Positions 1 to 8,944 of a stretch of 64,000 nt of DNA are shown here, one piece after another. The translations under genes were made by a program, and so were the position numbers. The stretch lies in assembly GCA_965205975.1 (NCBI GenBank), contig OZ242195.1:4480001-4544000 (forward strand). The letters are read 5' to 3'. The DNA is from Candidatus Latescibacterota bacterium (GTDB taxonomy: Bacteria; Latescibacterota; UBA2968). Under the pieces are notes generated by a model that did no database searches, was not told the DNA's origin, and worked only from the letters and a program-made list of their open reading frames with translations. The first letter of the stretch is position 1, and the number at the start of each line of letters is the position of its first letter.

Positions 1-1856
1 TCTACGATCTGAGGTTCTTCGTCGGCATCTACGGCTTCCATTATACCGCCTCCGATAATGACATCGGGTTTGAAGGCGGGTTTTGGGGAGGGTGTTTTTT
101 GCGTTCTGAGCTTTGATATATCAGGCGGGGTATCCGTTGTATCAGATCGCGTTGTGTCGGGCTGGGTATCCGACGGTTGCGTTTGGGTGGAGTCTGCTGG
201 TTCGGGCGGGGGGTCGAGAAATTTGCCTTTGAGTTTGTCGGTTGCAATTTTGCCGTATTGTGTCAGGGGATATCGCTCCTGCACTTGTTCGTAAATGGTT
301 TTTGCCTGTTCGCGTTGGTCCAGGTCGTTTTCATAGGTCCAGGCGAGGGCAAAAAGTGCCTTTGGAGCAAAGAGACTATTGGGATATTCGTCGGCTATTT
401 GTCGATAGATGGGTGCGATATCCCGTGTGGGTGTGCCTTCTGCGATGAGGTTTTCTGCTTCGAGAAATCGCGTTTCTGCCAGGTCATCATCGGCGTGTTT
501 TTGATTGAGGCGCGTCCTGGCTCTAATGGCATAAGGCGTGTTGGGGTATTGGTCGAGGAGCAGTTGGAAGTGTTCGCGCGCTGCGGTTTCGTTTTTCAGG
601 CTGTCGGCATAAATAAGTCCGATGGCATAACGCACTTTGGGTGCCAGGTCAGTTGTGTCGGTCAGGCTCAATACGCGCTGGTAAATGCTCAGGGCTGAAT
701 CGGGCTCGGCGAGATTAAAGAGGTATAGTTCGGCGAGATCAAAAAGCGGTTCCAATGCTTTTTGCGGGTCTTCGGCTTTTTCGGCTTGTGTTGTATAGCG
801 TTCGAGTGCTACGAGGTCTTTTTGCCGTTGCAAAGCGAGTTTGCCCTCGTCCGAATTTCGATCTTCGCGAACAGCTTTTTCAAATAGTTCTTTGGCTTTT
901 TCCAGGTTTTTACGCGATTTTTGTTCGATGAGGCCCAGGCGATAAAACGCTTCTGCGCTGTATTCGCTACGGGGGTATTTTTTTCCGACATCACTGTAAA
1001 TTTCTTCCGCAGTGTCAACTTGATCTTTCAGTTGGTATATAAGCGCCTGTTTGAGGCGGATTTCGGCTTCGTAAATGCGAAGTCGTTTGATTTTTAATAT
1101 TTTCTGGTACGTGTCCAAAGCCTCGTCGTATTTCTGCTGGCGCTCGAGGGTTTCGCCAATTTTGACGCGGGTTTCAAAATTTGTTCTGGTATCGGGTTTT
1201 GATTTTAGCACGTTTTCGTAGGCGTCAAGCGCTTCATCGTATCGGTTTAATTCGAGGAGGTTATTGCCCACGCCTTGCCAGGCCCGCGCGCGCAATTTGT
1301 GCTTTTTGTCGAGTGTTTCGAGTAGTGTCTTATAGGATATAATCGCGTCTTCTCTATTGCCCTGCGAGGCTTCCATTTCCGCGAGTGCCAAATTTGATAG
1401 GCCGTACAACTCCGGATCGGTTTTTTTGTCGAAAAGAGAAAATGTAGTCCGCGCTTCATTGGTGCGGTTCATTGCCCAGAGTGCGAGGCCCTGCCAGTAG
1501 CGCGTTTCGGGGATTAGTTCACTTTGTGGGAAGAGTTTTTGCAGTTCTTGAAATTTGGTCAGTGCTTCGGCGTAGTCTGCGCGCCAATAAGACGCTTTGC
1601 CGATGAGTAGCAGACTGTCGTCGAACCATTTGCTATCGGGAAAGTATTTGAGCACGATGGATGCTTTGACAATGGCCCGCTGGTAGAGCGCGCGATAGGT
1701 CGCGGACGTTATTCGGCTGCCGGGATTTTCGGATTCGACGCGTTTTAGTTCGGCAATATTGTACTGTTGTTTGGCATTGTAAAAGGTGTTGTAGTACACA
1801 CTTTTGCAAGCCAGACAGAGGAAGCAGAGGGATGTGATGTAGATGAGACGAGACAT
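1..1856 (-). CDS. TPR-repeat lipoprotein (PorW/SprE- or BamD-like), 3' end outside the window
   Basis: Absent from the ORF track because its stop lies outside the window. Manual translation of the start from ATG 1856 gives MSRLIYITSLCFLCLAC-KSVYYNTFYNAK...YFPDSKWFDDSLLLIGKA...FPQSELIPETRYWQG (lipobox-like LAC, TPR helices). The same frame reads as a Pro/Thr/Asp-rich linker at the window edge; the middle was not checked codon by codon. Confidence 0.8.
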   Translation of the reverse strand, partial: MSRLIYITSLCFLCLACKSVYYNTFYNAKQQYNIAELKRVESENPGSRITSATYRALYQRAIVKASIVLKYFPDSKWFDDSLLLIGKASYWRADYAEALTKFQELQKLFPQSELIPETRYWQGLALWAMNRTNEARTTFSLFDKKTDPELYGLSNLALAEMEASQGNREDAIISYKTLLETLDKKHKLRARAWQGVGNNLLELNRYDEALDAYENVLKSKPDTRTNFETRVKIGETLERQQKYDEALDTYQKILKIKRLRIYEAEIRLKQALIYQLKDQVDTAEEIYSDVGKKYPRSEYSAEAFYRLGLIEQKSRKNLEKAKELFEKAVREDRNSDEGKLALQRQKDLVALERYTTQAEKAEDPQKALEPLFDLAELYLFNLAEPDSALSIYQRVLSLTDTTDLAPKVRYAIGLIYADSLKNETAAREHFQLLLDQYPNTPYAIRARTRLNQKHADDDLAETRFLEAENLIAEGTPTRDIAPIYRQIADEYPNSLFAPKALFALAWTYENDLDQREQAKTIYEQVQERYPLTQYGKIATDKLKGKFLDPPPEPADSTQTQPSDTQPDTTRSDTTDTPPDISKLRTQKTPSPKPAFKPDVIIGGGIMEAVDADEEPQIV

Positions 1857-1861
1857 GGGAG

Positions 1862-3673
1862 TTAAGGAGTATGAAAGTCCTGGAGTGAACGGATGCGAAT
1901 TGCGCTGTTGTTTTTGAGCGATTGAATGCCGGCAACAGCCGCCGCCGCGCCCGATAAGGTGGTTGTGTAGGGCAGGCCGTATTGAACGGCGGCCTTGCGA
2001 ATTTCGGGGTCGGCGGCTTGAGATTGTTCTCCTGCGGGCGTGTTGATCATGAGAGAAATTTCGCCGTTTTTGATGGCGTCGAGGATATTTGGGCGCCCTT
2101 CCTGAATTTTGAAGATCAGGTTGCAGGCTATGTTGTGGTTTTGGAGAAAGGCGCGAGTGCCTCGGGTGGCAATCAGGCGAAAGTTCATGTCGGATAGTTG
2201 TTGGGCAATCGGTATAAGTCCTTCTTTGTCGTGGTCGTTGACGCTCAAAAATACGGTTCCGTCCTGGGGCAGGCGCACGCCTGCACCGAGTTGCGCTTTT
2301 TGAAAGCTGAGGCCAAAGTCGGTATCTATGCCCATGACTTCGCCAGTGGATTTCATTTCGGGACCGAGTACGGTGTCAACGCCGGGAAATTTGTTGAAGG
2401 GCAAGACGGCTTCTTTGACGGCAATGTGGTTGATGGGCACTTCTCGGGTAAAGCCCTGTTCTTTGAGTGTGCGTCCGACCATTGCGCGGACAGCGACTTT
2501 GGCAAGGGGCACGCCAATGGCTTTGCTGACAAAGGGCACTGTGCGCGATGCCCTGGGGTTGACTTCTATAATAAATACGTCTTCGCCTTGAATGGCAAAC
2601 TGAATGTTCATGAGGCCAACGACGTTGAGTGCTCTGGCCAAGGCGCGCGTGTGGCTTCGCAGCTCATTGAGGTTGGCGTCGGAGATCTGATACGGGGGCA
2701 AGACGCAGGCACTATCGCCAGAGTGTACGCCCGCGCTTTCGATGTGTTGCATGATGCCGCCGATGACGACTGCTGTTGGATCTGCTACGGCATCGACATC
2801 AAATTCGTGTGCGTCTTCTAAAAATCGGTCGATGAGGATGGGGCGTTCAGGAGAGGCTTCTATTGCATTGCGCATATAGGCGATGAGGGCGTCGCGGTCA
2901 TATACAATTGCCATTGCGCGACCCCCGAGTACGTAAGAGGGGCGCACGAGAACTGGATATCCGATTTGTTCGGCTATGGCGATTGCTTCATCGGTGCTTA
3001 CTGCAGTGCCGTTTTCGGGTTGTCGTATGCCCAGTTTTTTGATGAGTGCGCCAAAGCGTTTGCGATCTTCGGCCAGGTCAATGGCGTCGGGCGATGTGCC
3101 GGCGATGTTGAGGCCCCCGCGTTCGAGGTCGCGCGCGAGGTTGAGTGGTGTTTGTCCGCCGAATTGAACGATGACGCCGTCGGGTTGTTCAATATCGGCA
3201 ATGCTGAGTACGTCTTCGGCAGTGAGTGGTTCAAAGTAGAGTTTGTCAGATGTGTCGTAGTCGGTGGAGACGGTTTCGGGGTTGGAATTGACCATGATGG
3301 TCTCATAGCCGTCTTCTTTGAGAGCATAGGAGGCGTGACAACAACAATAGTCGAATTCGATGCCCTGTCCAATGCGATTGGGACCGCCGCCCAGGATCAT
3401 GATTTTTTGGCGATCGGATCGTATGGCTTCGTTGTCTGTCTCATAGGTCGAATAGTGATACGGTGTATAGGCTTCAAATTCGGCCGCGCATGTATCTACG
3501 GTTTTGAATACGGGCGCGACGCCGAGTTCTTTTCGCAGGGCGCGAACAGTCCATTCGTCACTTTGCCACAGGTGTGCCAGTTGGCGGTCAGAGAAGCCGT
3601 GGCGTTTGGCTTTGAGCAGGTCTGCGCGAGAGATACGCGATTTTAAGTCGTTGAGTGTGTGCTGTTTTGTCAT
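1862..3673 (-). CDS. carB: Carbamoyl-phosphate synthase large chain, C-terminal section (second ATP-grasp plus MGS domain)
   Basis: KTVDTCAAEF, GGGPNRIGQGIEFDYCC, GYPVLVRPSYVLGG, IEVNPRASRTVPF, LGPEMKSTGEVMG, MGS domain ATRGT...INTP. Confidence 0.95.
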   Translation of the reverse strand: MTKQHTLNDLKSRISRADLLKAKRHGFSDRQLAHLWQSDEWTVRALRKELGVAPVFKTVDTCAAEFEAYTPYHYSTYETDNEAIRSDRQKIMILGGGPNRIGQGIEFDYCCCHASYALKEDGYETIMVNSNPETVSTDYDTSDKLYFEPLTAEDVLSIADIEQPDGVIVQFGGQTPLNLARDLERGGLNIAGTSPDAIDLAEDRKRFGALIKKLGIRQPENGTAVSTDEAIAIAEQIGYPVLVRPSYVLGGRAMAIVYDRDALIAYMRNAIEASPERPILIDRFLEDAHEFDVDAVADPTAVVIGGIMQHIESAGVHSGDSACVLPPYQISDANLNELRSHTRALARALNVVGLMNIQFAIQGEDVFIIEVNPRASRTVPFVSKAIGVPLAKVAVRAMVGRTLKEQGFTREVPINHIAVKEAVLPFNKFPGVDTVLGPEMKSTGEVMGIDTDFGLSFQKAQLGAGVRLPQDGTVFLSVNDHDKEGLIPIAQQLSDMNFRLIATRGTRAFLQNHNIACNLIFKIQEGRPNILDAIKNGEISLMINTPAGEQSQAADPEIRKAAVQYGLPYTTTLSGAAAAVAGIQSLKNNSAIRIRSLQDFHTP

Positions 3674-3675
3674 AG

Positions 3676-5124
3676 TTAGTCCATCAGGGCGGCGAGTTCT
3701 TTTTCGACTTCGACGAGTTGTCGCATGTTGTCGAGAAAATAGGGGTCAATTTTGGTTGCGTCAAAAATTTCCTGTACGGATAGTCCCGCGTCGTAAGCCG
3801 TTTTGAGATAGGCCAATCGCTGCGAGTTGGGTTCGCGCAGGCCGCGTTCGAGAGCTTCGCGCGAGAGGGTGTTGGGATGGATGTCTTTGCCGTCGGCACC
3901 AAATCCCGCACGCCCGATTTCGAGAGAGCGCAAGCCTTTTTGCAGTGCTTCTTTAAACGTGCGACCTATGGCCATGGTTTCACCTACGGATTTCATTTGC
4001 GTGCCCAACAAATCATCGGTTTGGGGAAACTTTTCAAATGTCCAGCGCGGGATTTTGATAACGCAATAGTCGATGGTGGGTTCAAATGAGGCGGGCGTTT
4101 CGCGCGTGATGTCGTTTTGAATTTCGTCCAGGGTGTATCCAATGGCGAGCTTGGCGGCTATTTTGGCTATGGGAAAGCCCGTGGCTTTTGAGGCGAGTGC
4201 GGAACTGCGGGATACGCGGGGGTTCATTTCTATGACGACGCGTCGGCCCGTGTTGGGATCTACTGCAAACTGAATGTTGGAGCCGCCGGTTTCTACGCCG
4301 ATTTCGCGGATGCAGGCGATGGCGTCATCGCGCATTTCCTGATATTCTTTGTCGGTGAGCGTTTGCGCAGGTGCCACGGTGATGGAGTCGCCCGTGTGTA
4401 CGCCCATGGGATCGAAGTTTTCTATGGAGCAGATGATGACGACGTTGTCGTTTTGATCGCGCATGACTTCGAGTTCGAATTCTTTCCAGCCGATGATGGA
4501 TTCTTCTACGAGGATCTCTGTGGTGGGCGATAGGCTGAGGCCGTGTGCAGCAGCGTGTCTGAATTCTTCGATGTTGTACGCGGTGCCAGCACCTGTGCCA
4601 CCCAGGGTGTAGGATGGGCGGATGATGGCTGGGAATCCAATTTCAGCAGTGATGTCGAGTGCTTCTTTGAGGGTGTAGGCAAATCGGCCTTTGGGGAAGT
4701 CGAGGCCGATTTTGCCCATGGCTTTTTGAAAGGCTTCGCGGTTTTCGGCTTTTTCAATGGCGTGTGGTTTTGCGCCGATCATTTCGACATCGAATTTTTC
4801 GAGTGTTCCCTGTTCGTGCAGGGCCATGGCGGTGTTGAGGCCCGTTTGTCCGCCCAGTGTTGGGAGAAGGGCATCCGGGCGTTCTTTTTCGATGATGGCT
4901 GCGCATACTTCGGGTGTGACGGGTTCGACATAAGTCTGGTCAGCCATTTCGGGGTCGGTCATGATGGTGGCGGGATTGCTATTGACCAGCACGACTTCGT
5001 ATCCCTCTTCTTTGAGGGCTTTGCAGGCTTGGGTGCCAGAGTAGTCAAATTCACAGGCTTGTCCGATGACGATGGGACCAGAGCCGATGAGCATTATTTT
5101 TTTGAGGTCGGTTCGTTTGGGCAT
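3676..5124 (-). CDS. carB: Carbamoyl-phosphate synthase large chain, N-terminal section (first ATP-grasp plus part of the oligomerisation domain)
   Basis: [67 protein letters not shown]. Ends with TAA at 3678-3676, 2 nt before the ATG of the C-terminal section. Confidence 0.95.
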   Translation of the reverse strand: MPKRTDLKKIMLIGSGPIVIGQACEFDYSGTQACKALKEEGYEVVLVNSNPATIMTDPEMADQTYVEPVTPEVCAAIIEKERPDALLPTLGGQTGLNTAMALHEQGTLEKFDVEMIGAKPHAIEKAENREAFQKAMGKIGLDFPKGRFAYTLKEALDITAEIGFPAIIRPSYTLGGTGAGTAYNIEEFRHAAAHGLSLSPTTEILVEESIIGWKEFELEVMRDQNDNVVIICSIENFDPMGVHTGDSITVAPAQTLTDKEYQEMRDDAIACIREIGVETGGSNIQFAVDPNTGRRVVIEMNPRVSRSSALASKATGFPIAKIAAKLAIGYTLDEIQNDITRETPASFEPTIDYCVIKIPRWTFEKFPQTDDLLGTQMKSVGETMAIGRTFKEALQKGLRSLEIGRAGFGADGKDIHPNTLSREALERGLREPNSQRLAYLKTAYDAGLSVQEIFDATKIDPYFLDNMRQLVEVEKELAALMD

Positions 5125-5142
5125 TGGGTACAGGGTCCAAAA

Positions 5143-6714
5143 TCAGGTGGTGAGGTTCAGGTCAAAGTAGTCGGTGCTGTTGCGTATCTGGTGAATGGCG
5201 GCGGCAAAGTTTTCGATGATGTCACTGGCGATGAGGCTTATGTGTCCTGTTTTTTTCGCTGCAATGTCAGCGGCGAGGCCGTGGAGATAGACGGCTGTGC
5301 ATGCGGCGTCTGAGGGATTGAGTCCTTGACCGATGAGCGCGGCTATGAGGCCCGTTAGTACATCTCCTGTGCCGCCGGTGGCCATTCCCGGGTTGCCGGT
5401 TGGGTTGATGTGCGTTTTGCCTTCTGGCGTTGCGACGATGGTTGGCGCGCCTTTCAGGACTGTGGTGGCTTCGACGTGGGAAGCGAATTTCAGGGCCAGG
5501 GCTATGGGGTCGCGCTGTATTTCGGCGACACTACATCCGGTCAGGCGCGCAAATTCCCCGATGTGCGGGGTGAGTACCAGGGGTGTTTCGCAGGCGCGAA
5601 TCGCATCGAGGTCGCCGGCGAGGGCGTTGAGTGCGTCGGCGTCGATGACTGCGGGACAAACGCAGTTGCGCACGAGGCGGCGGACGAGTTCGACGGTTTC
5701 CCGATGGGTGCCTAAGCCTGGCCCAATGGCTATGCTGTCGGCTGTGCAACATGCGCGTTGTATATCGCCCCGAGCGCGCAGGGACAGGCATCTGACTTTT
5801 TTTACTTCGGGTAGCGGGTGGGTCATTGCTTCGGTGACTTTGATTTCGAGTATGTCGTTGAGGCTTTTGGGTACGCCGAGTGTGACGAGGCCCGCGCCTC
5901 CTTTGAGTGCTGCGTTTGCAGCGAGTGCCGCCGCGCCTGTGAGTCCCACGGATCCGGCGAGGATATATACTCTGCCGCAGTCTCCTTTGTGGGCGTCGGG
6001 TTCCCGGTGGGGGAGGAGGCGAGCACAGCGGCGGTTGTCGATCAGGTAGGTGCTGATGCGTTCGGACTCAATTGCCGACCGTGGTATCCCGATGTCGATG
6101 AGGTGCAATTTGCCGCACCGGGTGCGTCCGGGGAAGAAGAAGTGTCCAATGCGAGGCAGTGCAAATGTGACTGTGCATGTTGCGGCTGCACAGGGTCCTT
6201 CGATTTTGCCCGTGTCGGCGCTGAGTCCAGAGGGTATATCTACAGCGACGATGGGGCATTTGACGCGAGTGAGTGCGTCTATGAGGTCGGCGTATATGCC
6301 GCGGGGAGGACCTTGAATGCCCGTGCCCAATAGGGCGTCAACGGCGATGTCGGCATTGGTGAGTGCGTTTTGTACTGTTGCGATGTGGTCAACCGACTGC
6401 ACAATGTCCGGGGGCAGTCGGTCGAGGTTGGTTTTGGCATCGCCTGTTATTTCGCTGGCGGATGTGGCTGTGAATACCTGGACTTTTGCACCGCTTTGGG
6501 CTGCTTGTCTGGCAACGACAAAACCGTCGCCGCCATTATTGCCTTTGCCACACAAGATGACGATGTGCCGGTTTTGGAGTTCGCCCAACAGGTTTTCTAC
6601 TGCCCGGGTTACACCCTGGCCGGCGGCTTCCATAAGTTCAATGCTCGGCACACCACTGTCAATTGCCCGACGGTCAATGGATGCCATCTGGGAGCCGGTG
6701 ATAAGCTCAGTCAT
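5143..6714 (-). CDS. nnr: Bifunctional NAD(P)H-hydrate repair enzyme (NnrE epimerase + NnrD dehydratase, YjeF)
   Basis: LMEAAG, CGKGNNGGDG, DALLGTG, VDIPSG, HKGDCG, IGPGLG, DADAL, LTPHIGE, MATGGTGDVLTG, HGLAAD. Confidence 0.95.
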   Translation of the reverse strand: MTELITGSQMASIDRRAIDSGVPSIELMEAAGQGVTRAVENLLGELQNRHIVILCGKGNNGGDGFVVARQAAQSGAKVQVFTATSASEITGDAKTNLDRLPPDIVQSVDHIATVQNALTNADIAVDALLGTGIQGPPRGIYADLIDALTRVKCPIVAVDIPSGLSADTGKIEGPCAAATCTVTFALPRIGHFFFPGRTRCGKLHLIDIGIPRSAIESERISTYLIDNRRCARLLPHREPDAHKGDCGRVYILAGSVGLTGAAALAANAALKGGAGLVTLGVPKSLNDILEIKVTEAMTHPLPEVKKVRCLSLRARGDIQRACCTADSIAIGPGLGTHRETVELVRRLVRNCVCPAVIDADALNALAGDLDAIRACETPLVLTPHIGEFARLTGCSVAEIQRDPIALALKFASHVEATTVLKGAPTIVATPEGKTHINPTGNPGMATGGTGDVLTGLIAALIGQGLNPSDAACTAVYLHGLAADIAAKKTGHISLIASDIIENFAAAIHQIRNSTDYFDLNLTT

Positions 6715-6904
6715 AGGGGAGGGTGCGAGGTTAAGCGCGCGGTGTGAGATTCTCTAAGTCATGTTACAAGTTTGTGCCTAAAAATACAGGAAGGGCACGG
6801 GCAACGCAAATTCTTTTTTGGTGGATGTGATTTTTGGATTTTTGATTGCTAAATAGAAGAAAAACAAAGTTTAAGTGTGGTTGAGATGGGTTGATACAAA
6901 CCGC

Positions 6905-6933
6905 TTGACAGAGATGGTGCGCTTGTCTATACT
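6905..6933 (+). promoter_or_regulatory. Sigma-70 promoter for tRNA-Ser(TGA)
   Basis: TTGACA (6905-6910), 17-nt spacer, TATACT (6928-6933), 13 nt upstream of the tRNA. Confidence 0.8.
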
Positions 6934-6946
6934 TTTCGGATGATGC

Positions 6947-7034
6947 GGTGGGGTGCGAGAGCGGTCGAATCGGGCGGTCTTGAAAACCGTTGACCTTCAC
7001 GGGTCCGTGGGTTCGAATCCCACCCCCACCGCCA
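6947..7034 (+). tRNA. tRNA-Ser (anticodon TGA)
   Basis: Acceptor GGTGGGG/CCCCACC followed by G-CCA; anticodon arm GCGGT-CTTGAAA-ACCGT; long variable arm; GTTCGAATCC T-loop. Confidence 0.95.
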
Positions 7035-7101
7035 TATTAATTAAAAATTAAAAATTAAAAATTGAGAAGCGGTGTACAACTCACGTCTTACCGCCTTTTA
7101 C

Positions 7102-7130
7102 TTGCATTTATATACTACCTTTGTTACTTT
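7102..7130 (+). promoter_or_regulatory. Possible sigma-70 promoter for tRNA-Ser(GCT)/gltX
   Basis: TTGCAT, 17 nt, TACTTT, preceded by a TGn extended -10. Confidence 0.45.
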
Positions 7131-7151
7131 TGGCTGTTCGTTTTTGTTTGC

Positions 7152-7243
<92 letters not shown>

Positions 7244-7276
7244 AAAAATAAGCGGTTAATTAATAGGTCTTTTTAG

Positions 7277-8698
7277 ATGTCAGACACGGTTTTGCGTTTC
7301 GCGCCGTCTCCCACAGGTGGGTTTCATGTGGGGAATGCGCGAACGGCGATTTTTAATCATCTTTACGCGAGGCACTACCAGGCAAAGTTGTTGTTGCGCG
7401 TGGAAGATACAGATCGAGAGCGTTTTACAGAGTCGTCGCTTCAGACGATTCTGGACGGTTTGAACTGGCTCGGTGTTGATTTTGACGCCGAGCCAGTGTT
7501 TCAGTCGCGCAATGCCGAGGCGCATAAGCAAGCCGCAGCGCGTTTGGTGGAGACGGGGCATGCGTATTATGGCTATGAGACTGCCGAAGAGCTCGATGCG
7601 ATGCGCCGGCAGGCGCAGGTCGAGAAGCGGCGCGTGCGCTACGATCGGGATTTGACGCCGGAACAGCAGGCGGCTTATGAAGCCGAGGGGCGGCCAAAGG
7701 TTGTGCGGTTTAAGGTGCCTGCGGATGAGACGGTCTGGCACGATCGCATTCGGGGTGTGCAGCGGTGGGATAATGCCGAGGTTGAGGACTTTGTTTTGTT
7801 GCGGCCCGATGGGTCTCCTGTTTACAATCTCGCGGTGGTGGTGGATGATCACGATATGGGTGTGAATATGGTGTTGCGGTCTGCGGATCATTTGTCGAAT
7901 ACACCGAAGCAGATTATGCTGTTTGAGGCGCTTTCGTGGATGGTGCCGGAGTATGGGCATTCGACACTGATTTTGGGTCCCGATGGCAGCAAATTGTCAA
8001 AGCGCCACGGTGCGACGACGATTTCGGAGTATCGGGAGCGGGGATTTTTGTCGGATGCGATGTTCAATTATCTCGCGCTGTTGGGATGGGCTCCCGGGGA
8101 TGAGCGCGAGGTGTTTGCGCGAGATGAGTTGACAGAGGCGTTTTCGGTTGCGGGGTTGCTCAAGAGAGATGCGGTTTTTGATGAGAAGAAGCTGATCTGG
8201 CTCAATGGTGAGCATATGCGTCTTCGTCCGGTGGATGCGGTTCTGGATGATGCGATACCGATTTGGATTGCGGAGGGATGGCTTACAGATGCAGAGGCTT
8301 CTGATCGGCGGGATGAGTTGTTGAGGATTGCGGAGTTGTTGCAGCCGCGGTTGCATACGCTTGAGGATTTGAAGCATACGGGTTATTTTTTTGAGGATCC
8401 GGTGTCGTATGATGCAAAGACGGCTAAGAAGAACTGGAAGACGGATACGCCCGAGCGCGTTGCGTTGATGATTGCGCGTTTGCAGGGTTTGGATTCGTTT
8501 GGAGAAGGCGATATTGAGGGTGTGACGCGCACACTGTCTGGTGAACTGGGAATTTCGGCTTCGAGGCTGATTCATCCGACGCGGCTCGCGCTTTGCGGCG
8601 TTGGGTTTGGGCCGGGGTTGTTTGAACTGATGGCTGTGCTCGGAAGGGAGACGTGTATTCGCAGGCTGAAGAAGGCGCTGGAGGTTTTGGGGTCATAG
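7277..8698 (+). CDS. gltX: Glutamate--tRNA ligase
   Basis: RFAPSPTG.FHVGNARTA (HIGH), RVEDTD.ER, YNLAVVVDDHDM, KLSKRHG (KMSKS), anticodon-binding domain with GPGLFE. Confidence 0.95.
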   Translation: MSDTVLRFAPSPTGGFHVGNARTAIFNHLYARHYQAKLLLRVEDTDRERFTESSLQTILDGLNWLGVDFDAEPVFQSRNAEAHKQAAARLVETGHAYYGYETAEELDAMRRQAQVEKRRVRYDRDLTPEQQAAYEAEGRPKVVRFKVPADETVWHDRIRGVQRWDNAEVEDFVLLRPDGSPVYNLAVVVDDHDMGVNMVLRSADHLSNTPKQIMLFEALSWMVPEYGHSTLILGPDGSKLSKRHGATTISEYRERGFLSDAMFNYLALLGWAPGDEREVFARDELTEAFSVAGLLKRDAVFDEKKLIWLNGEHMRLRPVDAVLDDAIPIWIAEGWLTDAEASDRRDELLRIAELLQPRLHTLEDLKHTGYFFEDPVSYDAKTAKKNWKTDTPERVALMIARLQGLDSFGEGDIEGVTRTLSGELGISASRLIHPTRLALCGVGFGPGLFELMAVLGRETCIRRLKKALEVLGS

Positions 8699-8734
8699 AT
8701 GGTGCGTGCTATCTCGAAACGCTAATTATATTTT

Positions 8735-8808
8735 TGCCCCCTCGTCTAATGGCAAGACATGCGGCTCTGGACCGTAGAATCGGGGTTCGAATCCCTGGGG
8801 GGCAACCA
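8735..8808 (+). tRNA. tRNA-Gln (anticodon CTG)
   Basis: Acceptor TGCCCCC/GGGGGCA followed by A-CCA (U1-A72 typical of tRNA-Gln); anticodon arm TGCGG-CTCTGGA-CCGTA; GGTTCGAATCC. Confidence 0.93.
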
Positions 8809-8816
8809 CAAAAAAT

Positions 8817-8858
8817 AAAAAGCCCGTCAATCGGTGGTGATTGACGGGCTTTTGTTTG
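8817..8858. terminator. Bidirectional intrinsic terminator between tRNA-Gln and the giant protein gene
   Basis: AAAAGCCCGTCAATC-ggtggt-GATTGACGGGCTTTT, flanked by A and T runs, between convergent genes. Confidence 0.85.
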
Positions 8859-8944
8859 TACTCGAGGTGAGCAAAGGGATAACGCCACTGGACAAAGAGC
8901 CCAGCCCCAAATATGTGCGCTTGGCCCGGTCTTATCCTTCGCCG

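Noticed and set aside
177..1935. Short ORFs listed in the track at the left end
   Set aside because: They are alternative frames of the TPR gene starting at 1856, which the track omits because its stop is outside the window.
3660..3690. Programmed frameshift or stop readthrough joining the carB halves
   Set aside because: No slippery run at the junction, and the first frame has a second stop right after (TAA CTA TGA); fission or an assembly error is simpler.
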